From Octopus sinensis (Eukaryota): a stretch of 64,000 nt of DNA. Below are positions 27,416 through 41,010 of the stretch, in pieces. The DNA lies in assembly GCF_006345805.1 (NCBI RefSeq), contig NC_043001.1, positions 86,924,001 to 86,988,000 of the forward strand, read 5' to 3'. Position 1 is the stretch's first letter; every line of letters starts with the position of its first letter. The notes under the pieces are model-generated. The model made no database searches and had not been told where the DNA came from. It worked only from the letters and a program-made list of their open reading frames with translations. A program made the position numbers and the translations under genes.

Positions 27416-28150
27416 GTGTATGTGTGTGTGTGTCTGTGCGTGTGTGTGTGTGTGTGTCTGTGTCTGTGCGTGTGTGTGTGTTTGTACCCACAACACTGCT
27501 TGAGAACCGGTGTTGATGTGTTTACGTCGCCGTAATTTAGCGGTTCAGCAGAAAGAAATCCCCCAGAGGCTTAAGAAAAATAATTACTGGGGGCGATTCG
27601 TTCGACTAAAATTCTGTAAGGCTGTACCACAATATGGCCGCAGTCTTTTGATTGAAGCAAGTAAAAGATAAAAATGAAAAGTAAAAGTAATAACATAGTC
27701 AGAACAGGACTAAACAGAACAGGGGGATACACGTGGGATGGAAGAGTCACTGAAGATGTGAAATTGGAAGTAAAATGAAATAAGAACAACAATAAACGAA
27801 TGAAGGACGAATATACGGTATAGTGCATGTGTTTATTTGGCTATAAGGGAAAAAAATGAGTCCCGAAATATAACAAGAATGATATAATTCGTTTTTGGAT
27901 TTGGCTTGCAAGATTCTTTATGTGAGTTCGTGTGTTGAAGACCATTGAAAATGTTGCAAGATGCAACGAAAATTTTAAGGAAGATAAAAATAAGTGGAAA
28001 TTTTACCGGTAGGTGTGTTAAATTATAAGGCACAAAAAGAAACTATCTCCAGACACAACAGAATAATGACATAGTTATTTCCCTTATTGTAGGAGTCGCC
28101 TCCCTTAATAGGAAACATTTTCAAACAAGTTCTAAATGAAGTTTTTTATA

Positions 28151-28661
28151 CCGTAAATTTTCGAGTATAATCCGCCCTTGAGCAGGGGATTTTAGGGGGC
28201 TGTAACTCTGAAAAATCTAAACCTTGTGTATAATACGCACCCCTTCTCTAACTTGAGTCAAGGAGGTCTATATAATGTCCTTGGTTTGTAAAAATGTATG
28301 CGATAACGTCCTTTATTATTATTATTATTATTGTATATATAACATAATGCAAACGTGTAGCTTTTTTGTGCATTTTGTTTGCAGAAAATAAAGAAATAAC
28401 AGTAATAACGTTTAATAAATGTTGCTTACTGTGAGTTATAGATAATTCTTTTATGACTTCATTGCTTTCAGGCTTAGTTTAAGGTATTTTCGCGGCCGAC
28501 ATCATAAAATGCGTCTAAATAAACATTGCCGGACAGCAAATAGAGACTCGGACATTGCTTAAAAAATCATTTTCATTTTTAACCTCGTAAATAATACGCA
28601 GTAAGGATTTTGACCTTTAAATTTTGTGAAAAAAACGCGCATTATACTCGAGGATTTACGG
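28151..28661. mobile_element. pogo/Tigger-type MITE
   Basis: TA|CCGTAAATTTTCGAGTATAAT ... ATTATACTCGAGGATTTACGG|TG. Confidence 0.8.
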
Positions 28662-29131
28662 TGTATCAGATTAAAGATCTTACAACAGTTATATGCTTGG
28701 AAAATAATTCTTTCCGATTTAAGAATTAGGTTAGCAATTTTGAAGGCGTGGCACAAATCGATAACCTTAATCTCCCGTACTTGACTGATGCTTTATTTTA
28801 TCTATTCTGAAGGAAGGAAAAGCAAAATTAACCTCTGCAGGGTTTGAACTCAGAATGTAAGGAGCCGCAGCAAAGGCCGGCACTTCACTTTCAGACATTT
28901 TTCTGACGCTCGGTCAATTCTACTAGTTTGTTGCCTTATATACTTCTGTGAGGTTAAGAACCTCGCTTTCTAATCATGTGGTTTCGGGATCAGTTCCACA
29001 GCGTAACACCTTGACCCAAGGTCTTGTGAGTAAATTTCGTAGCTGCAACTGTGTGAAGAATCCCAATGTGTGGATCGTTGGCAATTTTTTCCCTCCATCT
29101 TCCTTTTCTCTTGGACTCTCCTACGTCTCCT

Positions 29132-29166
29132 GTTTCTGACGAAGTGCTTTGCTCGAAACATAAAAC
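29132..29166 (+). ncRNA. degenerate minimal hammerhead ribozyme (PLE type)
   Basis: GTTT-CTGACGA-A-GTGC-TTT-GCTC-GAAA-CATA-AAAC. Stem I is GTTT/AAAC, with two apparent substitutions. Confidence 0.5.
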
Positions 29167-30071
29167 TACCTTTCTTCCCTTTTCTGAGCGTCTGCTAATA
29201 CTTTGCATGTACCACGACCCCCCGTCCCCCAAGCTTACATCAGATACCAAAATGCCGTCCCAATAAAAATGTTGCCCAGAACGGTCCGCTTCCTTCACCC
29301 ACACCTCCCAGATACATTACTGGGTGGAACTCATTCCGCTTCAGGTTTGACCTCAGCTGATTTCTTCCAAAAAGAAGGTCAAACTGAAAGAAAGTGGAAG
29401 AGAAAGAGTCTGATCAACTTCTGTACAAAGCAAATACTTTATTTATCGATCCTGAAAAGTTAAAATACAAAGTCGACCTCATTAGAATTTGAACTTAAAT
29501 TGCAGGGAGGTTTAACGAATACTCCGAATGGAATTATCTCGGTGCTTTAGCAACTCAGCTAAGTTGCCGCGCACTTAATAACCCTCATGTCAGATAAAAT
29601 ACCACTCAGGATATTTGAACCAGATAACCCCTCTCATTTGCATAGTTTATCCGCCTTATAAAAGACTAATTTATATCTGTTATCTTTTATCTTTTATTTG
29701 TTTCAGCCATTTGACGCGATCATGCTGTAAGTTATAGAGATGTAAACAAACCAACAAGCGGTGTGGGGTGACAAAGAATCACACACGTGCGCGCGTATGC
29801 ACACACACACACACACACACACACTCACTCACGCACGCACACATGTATGTAAGCATGTATGCATGTATGTATGTATGTATGTATGTATGTATGTATGTAT
29901 GTATGTATGTGTAGAACGACCGTGCGAAAGGAGAGGTGACGAATAAATGACTTCTTTAATACATCACACGGTCGCTTACAATAAAAGTAAAAATGGATAA
30001 ATGAGTATGAGTACCAGAAGGAAATAAAAACGATAGAACCGTAGAATGTTAAGAGAAAGGTTTTATTTACG

Positions 30072-30884
30072 TGTTAGCAGAGTGTGTGTCTGTGTGTGCG
30101 ACATAAGTACATATATAATAATAATAACAATAGACAGGCCGTCATGCATACATAATGTGTAGGTGTGTACAAATAAGGGTGTATGCATGAGATAAAATAC
30201 AGAGCATAGAAATAGTCTATAACAGGAGGCTAGAAGTTCAGACACAATGAAGATAAATACCAGTTCGTAGTAAAGTACACAATAGTTGAAGTTCTGTAAC
30301 AAGAAGTTGTGGCAACAATGCAGAGCCGGTTGAATCACGTGTCGTGTAAGCGGTTGTGGCTACTATGCTGTGCCGGTTACTTTATACAGGAAGATCTCGC
30401 AGGTTGAGGTTCCTGTTAACCACAGTGAATTAATTCACAAGCAGCGAGGAGTTAAACCTGAGCGAATGTTGCTGTGTACGTAGAGATGTTGTTGGCGTCG
30501 ATAAGATGAAGGCGACGGTGATGGAGATCCTGAATGCCGCTAGACGAAGTGTTGATGTTTCTCTGTGTTGTTGCGAGTGTAGTCGCTGGAACTGGTTGAG
30601 TGCTCTGTGGTCAGTGGTTAGACCTTAGAAGGTCTAGAACCAAAGACGAAATACAGTTTGTTGATCTAGCTTTTTATAGGAACTAGGAGGCTCCAAACGG
30701 AGATTTAGAAGAGTGTGTCACGGGACCTTATCAGAAGGTTGCGATTAGTTGGGTTGCATATTGCCACGTAATACAGCAAGAGACAAATTGCGCCAATACC
30801 AACCAATCAGAGTAGTGGACACAACAGGGTCCAAGCGACCGAAGCTTAGTTGTTATCTGCTACGTCCGTATTTATGTTATATAT

Positions 30885-30888
<4 letters not shown>
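30072..30888 (-). mobile_element. probable solo LTR
   Basis: TG...TAACA ends on minus, GATTGG box, CCTATAAAA box, homologous to 48214-49129. Confidence 0.55.
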
Positions 30889-30930
<42 letters not shown>

Positions 30931-31434
30931 ATTTCACCAAGCGCCCGCTACATATGTATGTATGTATGTATGTATGTACGTATGTACGTATGTATGTATG
31001 TATGTATGTATGTATGTATGTATGTATGTATGCATGTTTTTTACGACAGGCTTCCACACGGTTTCCGTCGACCAGAATTCACTCACAAGGCATTAATTGG
31101 TTCGAGGCTATAGAAGAAGACACTTGCCCCAAATACTGTGCTGTGGGACTGAACCTGAAACCACATGAGTGCAACGCCAGCTTCTTAACCACAAAAATAA
31201 ATTCCTATAGCTCAAAGTCGGATTCAGATAAAGTGAGGCCCTAGACATTTTTCACTTGGAAAGACCGTCTCAATTTCTCACCTTCATGACTAGAATTATA
31301 TAAACACCCTAACCAGAGGTTCCTTACATTTTGAGGCACTTATCTTCAGCAAGCCAAACCAATAGGTAAATCCAGTAATGAGCTCAGTCAGTCTAGCTGT
31401 TGTTAAAGAACCATTTGGTGGCTACTAAAGGTAT

Positions 31435-33662
31435 ATCAGGTTCTCTGAAACAGATGTAAAGTTGCTTTTCACTTTGAAACGTTGTCCCTGTTTGAAGGAG
31501 AACTCTGATCTCTCAATTAAATTGACGCATATCCCACTGTTGGGTCTTCCGCATTTTTTTACTGACGGCTTCTGTGTTGTTGTTGAGCGTATTCGGGCTT
31601 GTATTGGGAGACTTTTTATTGATTTGGGTTGTCACTTGCTTTTTATGGTGGTGTGTGTTTGGAGGATTAAGTTCTGTGGTCCTTTTTTAGCAGGGAATGT
31701 TTTGAAGGATGGTGTCGAAGGCTTCATTGTTGAGAGGGTTGTGTGTGGAGATGTATGGTAGGGCTTTTGGTTGTAAATCTTTCTTTAATTTGGGATGTCT
31801 GAGTTCCTGGATGTTGAGTTGAAGGGCTAGTTGAAAGCATATGTCAATTAGTGAAGGTGGGTAGTTCCTGGTGTTAGGTGTATCCTTTAGTTCATGTAGT
31901 CGTGTGTCTCTGGTGTTTGCATTAGAAACTATAGTACATATCCTTTTTGCTAGGTTGAAGGGAATCATTCTGGTGTATCTGGGGCGGCATGAGTTGTACG
32001 GTAGATATTGTTTGGAGTCCGTAGGCTTATAGTATATATCTGTTTCTATTACGTTGTTAGATTTCTTAATGAGGATGTCGAAGAAGGGAAGTTGTTGCTG
32101 GCTATATTCCATCGTGAATTTAATGTTTATGTCAAGTCCATTTATAAGTGCTTGGAATTCTTTAAGTTTCTCTATATTTTCATGCCAAAGAATGAAACAG
32201 TCATCCAGGTATCTCTTCCAGTTATATTCCACGTAGAGGGAGAATGGGCTGCCGTATTTTTCTAGAACCTTACGATAAAGACTAATTTCTAAGACTAATG
32301 ACTAGGTTAGCAAAGGAGGGGGCCATTCTCGTACCCATCGCAGTCCCTGATTTTTGTCGGTAGAAGTTGTCTAGTTATTTTCCAGGATGAATTTTAGCCC
32401 TTCTATCACGAATTCTTTTTTGATGCGATGTGGGAGTTCGTTGGCGAAATACTCTAGCCAGAATTGAATTGCATCTATTCCTAGGTTGTGAGGGATATTG
32501 GAATAGAGGTTGACTACATCGAAGAATACTAGTAGGGTGTTTTTGTTTATTATTTTAGGAAGGTGATTGAGCATATCCAGGTCGTCCCTTTTGACATGCT
32601 TGAGGAATGGTTTTAAGAAGGTATCTAAAAAGGTCATTAGGAGTAGGGATTTTGATTATTATGTCTGTGGTTATCTTGCATGCGTTACTTATTTTCTCAC
32701 TTTTGTGTATCTTGGGAATTCCGTAGAATTGACTGGTTTTACTTTTGAAATTGGTCATATAGTCATATTTTTTGTCGGTGAGCCCTTCTTTGTATAGGTT
32801 TAACATGGATTTTAGGTCTCTCATTACTTTCTGCTGACTGTAGCGTTGGGCCTTTTCATAATATGTTGTATCTTCCAAAATGGATCGTGTCCATTAAGAC
32901 AACTGTACTCCCTTTATCTGCCTCTTTGATTGTTATTGTTTTGTCATCTTTTAATTTGTTCAGCTCAGCCCATTCTTTTTTGCTGAAGTTTGGTTTGTGC
33001 TTTTGTTTGTGCATATGTTGATATGGGTAATTCGTGATGTGTTCACAGAAATGATCAAGAGTTTTGTTCTTACCTTTTGAGGGGGTGTAGTTACTTCTAT
33101 TTCGGACCAACGATTCGTCCTCGTTGTGTTTGTCGAATAGCTCCTCAGCGAGTCGTAATTTTCTACAGAATTCCGAGATATCTTCTTTCATTTCATTGTA
33201 GTTGGGGTGTTGTGGGGTGGGTGTAAACTTGAGCCCTTTGGAGAGTATATTGATTTGGTTTGCTGTTAGTTCTTTGTGAGTTAGATTGATAATTTTTATC
33301 ACTTTTGGTTCCGCCTGCATATTCGGTGCTATCTTGTGTCTCTGTGTTTGCGTATTGGGTCTAAAAAATGAATGCGGTGGTTGGGACGGTAGCTATTATG
33401 TAGTTGTTCCTTGTTGTTGATGGGTACCCTGTTGTGATTTACGGTGTGGGTTCTTGGAACGGTATTGAAAAGTGTGTCCTGATATCCCACGTTCGGATGA
33501 ATGTGGTGTTTTAGGAATGTGTCGTTGATAATTATTGCGTGTGGTGCGGGTTCGTTGTGCATGGTTGTTTTGTAGATTGTTGGAACGAAAATTTCGTTGG
33601 TAACTCCTTATGGGGTGGGGTTGCAACGTCTATTCTGCGGGTAGTAATTTTTCCTTTCTCTT

Positions 33663-33665
<3 letters not shown>
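31435..33665 (-). pseudogene. Penelope-like element (RT plus start of GIY-YIG), degenerate
   Basis: LSKGLKFTPTP, FYGIPKIHK, FDVVNLYSNIPH, GTAMGTRMAPSFANL, KRYLDD, TDIYYKPTD, then a CxxC and FKVKSNFT..ENLIY region. Multiple frameshifts. Confidence 0.92.
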
Positions 33666-33736
<71 letters not shown>

Positions 33737-33737
33737 T

Positions 33738-34470
33738 ATATATATATATATAGATATAATGAAGGACATTATTGTATACAGTGCTCAGGTGCACAACAAA
33801 AAGAGGTCATCAGGTGTAATGTTGGCGGATTTCAGGAAGCATGGAAGTTTTGAAGGATGTAGTGTGTCGACATCTAACAACTGATGCGGGTAGTTTATTC
33901 ATGCTTCAGCAATTCTGAGTGTAAAATATGTTTCCGAAAGTCATGGGTGCTCTGTTGATTTTTGATTTTATAAGCATGTCTGCGAGTGTTGTCATATGAA
34001 ATTCAAAAAGGTGCCCAAGGTTGTTATTGGAAAGATGGTGGATAATATTGTGGGTGTCTACCAAGTCAGTTGCCAGACGTCTGAGTTTCAATGCATCTAT
34101 CCCCAGGGAAGCAAGATGTTCAGAGTATGGTAGTTGTCTTACGGCGGGTATTCGTTTTGTTGCACGTTTCTGAACAGTTTTCAGATTTATATACTTAGCA
34201 ATATAGCGGGTCCAGAATGATGATGTAAATTCCAAGTGTGGACGTACCATAGTCGTATACAATCTTAAATAGAAAGCCGGAGAGCGGCTAACAAAGTTCT
34301 TACTGAGTTTTTCTAGCACCCCGTCAGCTTTCTTGAAAATCTTAGAGATTTGGTTTGTCCAACGCAGATCGTTGTGTACAATAATGCCCAAATCACGTCC
34401 GCTAGAAGACTTCTTGAGATTAGTGTTGCCGAGGGAGTATGTAAAGGCTGGATTTTTTCCTCCCAAAATG
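33738..34470 (-). pseudogene. CR1-clade LINE 3' fragment
   Basis: RDLGIIVHNDLRW..Q, LYTTMVRPHLEF, VQKRATKRIP, LRRLATDL. Confidence 0.9.
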
Positions 34471-34599
34471 CATGGTCTTTATAGTGGGGTAGGCCGCTTT
34501 ATGGGGTTACCCTGGGTTTCTCGCTCATAAGGGGTTTAGCTTACGGCGTATTAACTGCTCTGCATCTTGGAGTGTGCTTCTCCTTCGGATTTATGTATT

Positions 34600-35277
34600 T
34601 CTACAAACCCCCCCTTCAACCGTGAGGTCGCTACACCTGTAGCTAAAATCTTCTTCACTCTCCTACAGAAACACTTCCCCACCCAACATAAGTACTACAC
34701 TATCCTAAATAAGAACACTATTAGACTCTCCTACTCTACCACGCCCAATCTAGCCAGGAACCTAGCCAACAACAATGTGAAAAAACTTAATATATCTACT
34801 TTTTCCGAGGCCCATCCAACGTCCGATAGCAATTGCAACTGCCCTGATAAAACCACCTGCCCCCTCAACAACAACTGCCTACAGAGGGACCTAGTATATA
34901 CATGCGAGGTAAGATCAGGCCCTGATGATAAAAGAAAATCCTACATCGGAATGACGTCAAACAGCTTTAAGACCCGTTGGTACGCCCACACACACTCGTT
35001 CCGGCGACCGGATAAATCCAACCAAACTACCCTCGCCGCCCACATCTGGTACCTTAAAAGGAACTCCATCCCCTTCAAGACCAAGTGGAAACTACTACAG
35101 AAGGCGCGTTCGTACACAGGAGGCCATACCTGCTGTGACCTTTGCATTTCGGAGAGCCTAGAGATCTTGTTCGCCAAAGGCCCTCTCCTTAACAAGATCT
35201 CAGAACACTCCCCAAATTGCATGCATAAGAATTATGCAAACTACAAGAACTATAGACCTACCCGGCAACCAGATTGA
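34600..35277 (+). pseudogene. Naiad-type PLE C-terminal GIY-YIG endonuclease fragment
   Basis: NPPFN, CNC...CPL..NC, LVY..YIGMT..FKTRW..H..SF, CDLCISE, LLNK. Confidence 0.88.
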
Positions 35278-35349
35278 TGACACCCCACCCACAAACCCCC
35301 CCAATCCCACCGTTCCCCTAGCACCCCCGATTACCTTTTCTCCTAAGAC

Positions 35350-35767
35350 CTTTCACATATTGTATGTGTACGCTTGTATATGTGTATCGTATATATGTAT
35401 AGAAATGTATGGGTATAGTAAGAATATACGCATGTATTATGTGTGTGTGTGTGTGTATGTATGTAAAAATATATATATATATGTATGTGTGTGTGTGTGT
35501 ATATATATGTATATATGTGTGTATGCATATGTATGTGTATATCAGTGTGTGTATATATAAAATATTATATAATTAGGGCTTAGTAAAATAAATTACTTTG
35601 CCACATACTGAACTTCCTAGAAATAGCAGCCAAAAAAGTTTTTTAGCCATTTCCACTACTTAAAGAAAATTTCTCTCAGACAATGTTTACTCAAAAATAA
35701 TGGTCCTTTTACATACTGAATACTTGGTGAAATTGATTAATAACTAATTAACTTCACCCTCAATTGT

Positions 35768-35845
<78 letters not shown>

Positions 35846-36220
35846 ATATATGTGTATGTGTATGTATGTGTGTGTGTATATATATTTATATGTATATATA
35901 TATGTATATATATGTGTATGTGTGTATGTATATATATATATATATATATATAAGTGTACGCGAGTATGTCGATGTATATGTAGGTATGTAGAGTTGTGTA
36001 TGTGCATGTATGTGTGTGTATATACAGATTGTAGATGGGTATATATATATATATATGTGTGTATATATATATGTATATATGTATATATATATGTATGTGT
36101 GTGTGTATATATATATATATGTATATGTAGGTATGTAGAGTTATACGTATGTGCATGTGTATATATATGTATATATATATAATATATGTGTGTATGTGTG
36201 TATGTGTATGTGTATGTATG

Positions 36221-36254
<34 letters not shown>

Positions 36255-36378
36255 AGTATGTGTGTATATGTATGTATATATGTATATATGTGTGTATGTG
36301 TATGTGTGGGTATATATATATATATATATATGTATATAATATATATATATATATGTGAATATGTGTGTGTATATGTAC

Positions 36379-36424
<46 letters not shown>

Positions 36425-36497
36425 AAGTGTGTGTATATATATGTATGTGTAAGTGTGTGTGTGTATGAGTATGTATGTATGTATGCACACATGTGTG

Positions 36498-36528
<31 letters not shown>

Positions 36529-36611
36529 GTGTGTATGTATATGTATATGTGTGTGTGTGTATATATATATGTGTGTGTATGTGTGTATATGTATATGTAT
36601 GTATGTGTATG

Positions 36612-36660
<49 letters not shown>

Positions 36661-36689
36661 ATGTGTATGTGTGTGTATGTATATGTATG

Positions 36690-36734
<45 letters not shown>

Positions 36735-36765
36735 ATGTGTATGTGTGTATGTATATGTATGTATG

Positions 36766-36796
<31 letters not shown>

Positions 36797-36927
36797 ATGT
36801 ATATGTATGTATGTATGTGTGTGTATGTGTATGTGTATATGTACATATACGTGTACGCTCGTGTGTTTATGTATATGTAGGTACGTAGAGTTATGTATGT
36901 GTGTATGTATATGTACATATGTGTAAG

Positions 36928-36969
<42 letters not shown>

Positions 36970-37109
36970 TATAATATATAATATATAATATATATATATA
37001 ATATATGTGTGTATGTGTATATGTGTATGTATGTGTGTATATATATGTATGTATGTATATATACGTATATATATATATATGTATGTGTGTGTATGTATGT
37101 ATGTATATG

Positions 37110-37142
<33 letters not shown>

Positions 37143-37504
37143 ATGTGTAAGCATAGGTATAGATATATGTATACTTTTACGCATGGGTGTACTTATGTGT
37201 ATATATGGATGCGCGCGCGTGTGTGTGTGTGTGTATGGGTACGCATGTTATGTGTATGTGTGTGTATGTGTATATGTGTATGTATGTGTGTGTGTATGTA
37301 TGTATATGTATGTATGTACATGTATGTATGTGTATATATATATATTATCTATATATATATATGTATATATATATATGTATGTATGTGTATGTATATGTAT
37401 GTGTATGTATGCGCGTATATGTATGTATATGTATATGTGTGGGTGTGTGTATGTGTATATATGTATGTATGTATGGGTGTATGTATGTATGTATATATAC
37501 GTAT

Positions 37505-37541
<37 letters not shown>

Positions 37542-38040
37542 CTATATATGTATGTATCTGTATGTAGGTGTATATGTATGTGTGTATATATATTTATTGG
37601 TGTATATGTATGGACTAGTCTTCAAAGCGTGTAGACATGAATCTGTAGGTACGCGTACGTATGTGTATATATGTGAATGTATGTAGATGTATGTATGTAT
37701 GAATATAACGCGTGCGTGCGTGTATGTGTATGAGTGTACGAATGAGTGAGTGTGCGTGCTAATGAGTGTGCGTGCGTGAGTGAGTGCTTGTTTCCAAGTA
37801 GAAAGATAAATGGACTTGCTGTTGTAGCCAAGATGCTTGTGACCCGCAGTCAAAGGTAATAAATGAAGATAATAATAAAATTAAAATTAGGGAATGGGTT
37901 TGTATTTGTATGTATATATGTGTGTATGTGTAGGTATGTATAGGTACACATATGTATATGTATATGTGTGTGTGTGTATGTATGTGTGTATGTATATGTG
38001 TGTGTGTGTGTATATATATACATATGTGTATATGTATAAG
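35350..38040. repeat. ~2.7-kb compound (TA)/(TG)/(TATG) microsatellite field
   Basis: Direct reading. Interrupted at 35575-35765 by a complex repeat. Confidence 0.95.
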
Positions 38041-38262
38041 TGAGAATCTCCTTATTTACCTAAAACTCTATTCTTCTATATATTTTTTTATTGTTTTATT
38101 TTTTTATTCTATTATTTATTCTTTTATCTAATTTACCACTGACTCCTTGACGACTCCCCCAAGTATGATATTTTTGCGCTATGCCTACCCCCAAAAAGTC
38201 CCCCACCCTCACCCCTTTAAACCTGCCTAAATGTATAAATGCCAATACAATTCTTGTTAACT

Positions 38263-38313
38263 AGCTTCCTGATGATTTCTCTTGAATGAAACAGTTCTAG
38301 TCCTGTAGAAGCT
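38263..38313 (+). ncRNA. type I hammerhead ribozyme
   Basis: AGCTTC-CTGATGA-TTTC.TCTT.GAAT-GAAA-CAG.TTCTAGTC.CTG-TA-GAAGCT. Stems I and III are intact, with predicted GUA cleavage after 38307. Confidence 0.75.
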
Positions 38314-38621
38314 CCTTCTATATAATAAATTAAAATATATATAATATATATATATATATATATTTATATACACACACACACACATACATACACCATATAT
38401 ATATACACACATATACATATATATATATATATCCAATTTCGATTCCTGTATGTTATATATTTTAATAATTACTGGTATGTTTATATATTATATATATAAA
38501 GCATATGTTATACATGTATATTGCTGTAATTGTCATTTTAGTAAATAAATAGATAAACTGACGTAATATAATGTCTAAAAGCTGATGAATACCACCTATT
38601 GATCCCCCCATTTTCTTATTG

Positions 38622-38652
<31 letters not shown>

Positions 38653-38653
38653 A

Positions 38654-39167
38654 CTAGCAGTATCGCCCGGCGTTGCTCGGGTTTGTAAGGGAAATAACTA
38701 TATAAGCATTTTTAGAGAGTTACTTCCCATATAGATGCCAATTCGGGCTTTCTTAGCCATTTCTGTTTTGGTGTCTTCAAGCCATGAAGTCGTTGTTCTA
38801 AAAGAACGCTGGTCTCCTTGACAACGCTTTACGACGTTGATTTCCTTACACTCCCTTCCCCACAGCTTCACGAGGGAGGGAAAAAGGGGGAAAAGCAACA
38901 CAGGTGCAGGTGTGACCATGGACGCCAACTCCGCCGCCATCGACACACGAAAAAATACGCATTAAAATGGAATAAAAAATGATGTTAAATTATTTTTTAA
39001 ATCGTAGACTCATCGTAGACGCGCGCTAATAGCCAGACGGACTCAATATGAATCACGACTATAAGATACCGGAATTTGGTTAAACTGCACCGCAAAATGT
39101 GGGAGTAGTTAGGAATCTAAATCGAAGGGGACAGACACTCACACAACTACAATTTTATATATATAGA
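38654..39167 (-). mobile_element. non-autonomous Helitron
   Basis: A|TC 5' end, 3' hairpin CCCGAGCAACGCCGGG, CTAG|T terminus. Confidence 0.85.
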
Positions 39168-39904
39168 TATATTATATTATATTATATTGTATTGTATTAT
39201 ACTAGCTGGCCCCATCCTGTCAAAAATGACGGCTAATTGTAGTATTTTATATATAAAAATAAAGTACATAATAGTCACATACAAACATTCACGTACTTCC
39301 TTGTACACGCATACACATACACACATATACTCACACAAAATTGAAACTGATTTTTTTTCAGCGTTGAATGTTCACCATTACGCACACACACATACACAAA
39401 CATTCACATATCTTCCTTTTGTACACACACACACATACTCAGAGTTGAAACGCTGCTCGATTTTTTTCACCGTACAATTTCCATCATCCCACTACAAAGT
39501 TTGCCATCACCTCTTCCTTCCTTATTCACCTATCACCCCTTCCTTTCTCATTCATATATTGTGACAGAGAAAAACACAAGAGTATTATTACAGTATCATA
39601 TCACATTACATCCATATTATTTCAGTTGATAATTAAACTCTAACGCTAAGTTTTACGACGCAAGCACGACGAGTTTCCACACAGCTTGCGGGAGCTTCAC
39701 TCGATCGATTAGAAACATCAGCAAAATAATCTCCTTCAAAAGATACCAGCTCCATCATTTTAGCAAAGGACACATTGGTACTATGAACATAAAGTAAAGA
39801 TAGGATGGTCATGGCTGGAATACCTTTGATCATAATTCTGTTCAGTCAAGGCTAGCACAAATCTAAAAATATCAGCAAAAGAAACGACAGATAAATACAT
39901 ACAT

Positions 39905-40480
39905 AATCCTATTTCTTTACTACCCACAAGGGGCTAAACACAAAGAGGACAAACAAGGACAGACAAACGGATTAAGTTGATTAGATCGACCCCAGTACGC
40001 AGCTGGTACTTAATTTATCGACCCCGAAAGGATGAAAGGCAAAGTTGACTTCGGCAGAATTTAAACTCAGAACGTAGCGGCAGACGAAATACTTATTTTT
40101 TTACTACCCACATGGGGCTAAACACACAGAGGACAAACAAGGAAAGACAAACGGATTAAGTCGATTATATCGACCCCAGTGCGTAACTGGTACTTATTTA
40201 ATCGACCCCGAAAGGATGAAAGGCAAAGTCGACCTCGGCGGAATTTGAACTCAGAACGTAGCGACAGACGAAATACCGCTAAGCATTTCGGCTGGCGTGC
40301 CAGCTCGCCGCCTAATCCTTTCTGCTATAGGTCCAAGGCTTGAAATTCTGGGGGAGGGGATAGTCGGTTACAATGACCCCCGAAAGGATGAAAGGTAAGT
40401 CAATCTCGGCGGAGTTTTGAACTCAGAACGTAAGGACGGACGAAATGCCGCTAAGCATTTTAGTCCGGCGCGCTAACGAT
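39905..40480 (-). mobile_element. SINE family B, tandem copies
   Basis: Three successive bodies containing GAAAGGATGAAAGG. Confidence 0.85.
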
Positions 40481-40677
40481 TTTTACCATAATAACATACA
40501 AACACTTAAAACTGAAACACACACGCATTTACACTACCCTCACCAATATGTATGTATGCATGTATGTATGTATGTATGTATGTATGTATGTATGTATGTA
40601 TGTATGTATGTGCGTATGTACATGTGTATATATATGTGTGTGTGTGTGTGTATGTGTGTGTGTGTGTGTGTGTAGCC

Positions 40678-41010
40678 TCAGGCCAACCAGAGCCATATGA
40701 GTGGATTTGGTAGACGGAAACTGAAAGAAGCCCGTCGTATATGTATATATATGTGTGTGTGCATGTGTGTGTATGTGTTTGTGTGTCGGTACTTGTCCCC
40801 CCACCCACCTACCCAACATTGTTTGACAACCGATGCTGGTGTGTTTACGTCTCCGTAACTTAGCGGTTCGGCAGAAGAAGCGATGGAATAAGTACTAAGC
40901 TTACAAAGAATAAGTCCTGGGGTCGATTTGCTCGACTAAAAGGCGGTGCTCCAGCATGGCCGCAGTCAAATGACTGAAACGAGTAAAAGAGTAAAAGAGA
41001 GAGAGAGAGA
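40678..41010 (+). mobile_element. SINE family A (5'-truncated)
   Basis: Body and tail match 49783-50195. Confidence 0.85.

Noticed and set aside
35737-37686. Long ORFs up to 393 aa (YIYIHT and CVCV type), and the many similar ORFs across the window
   Set aside because: Translations of TA/TG/TACA/ATT microsatellites that lack stop codons, not genes
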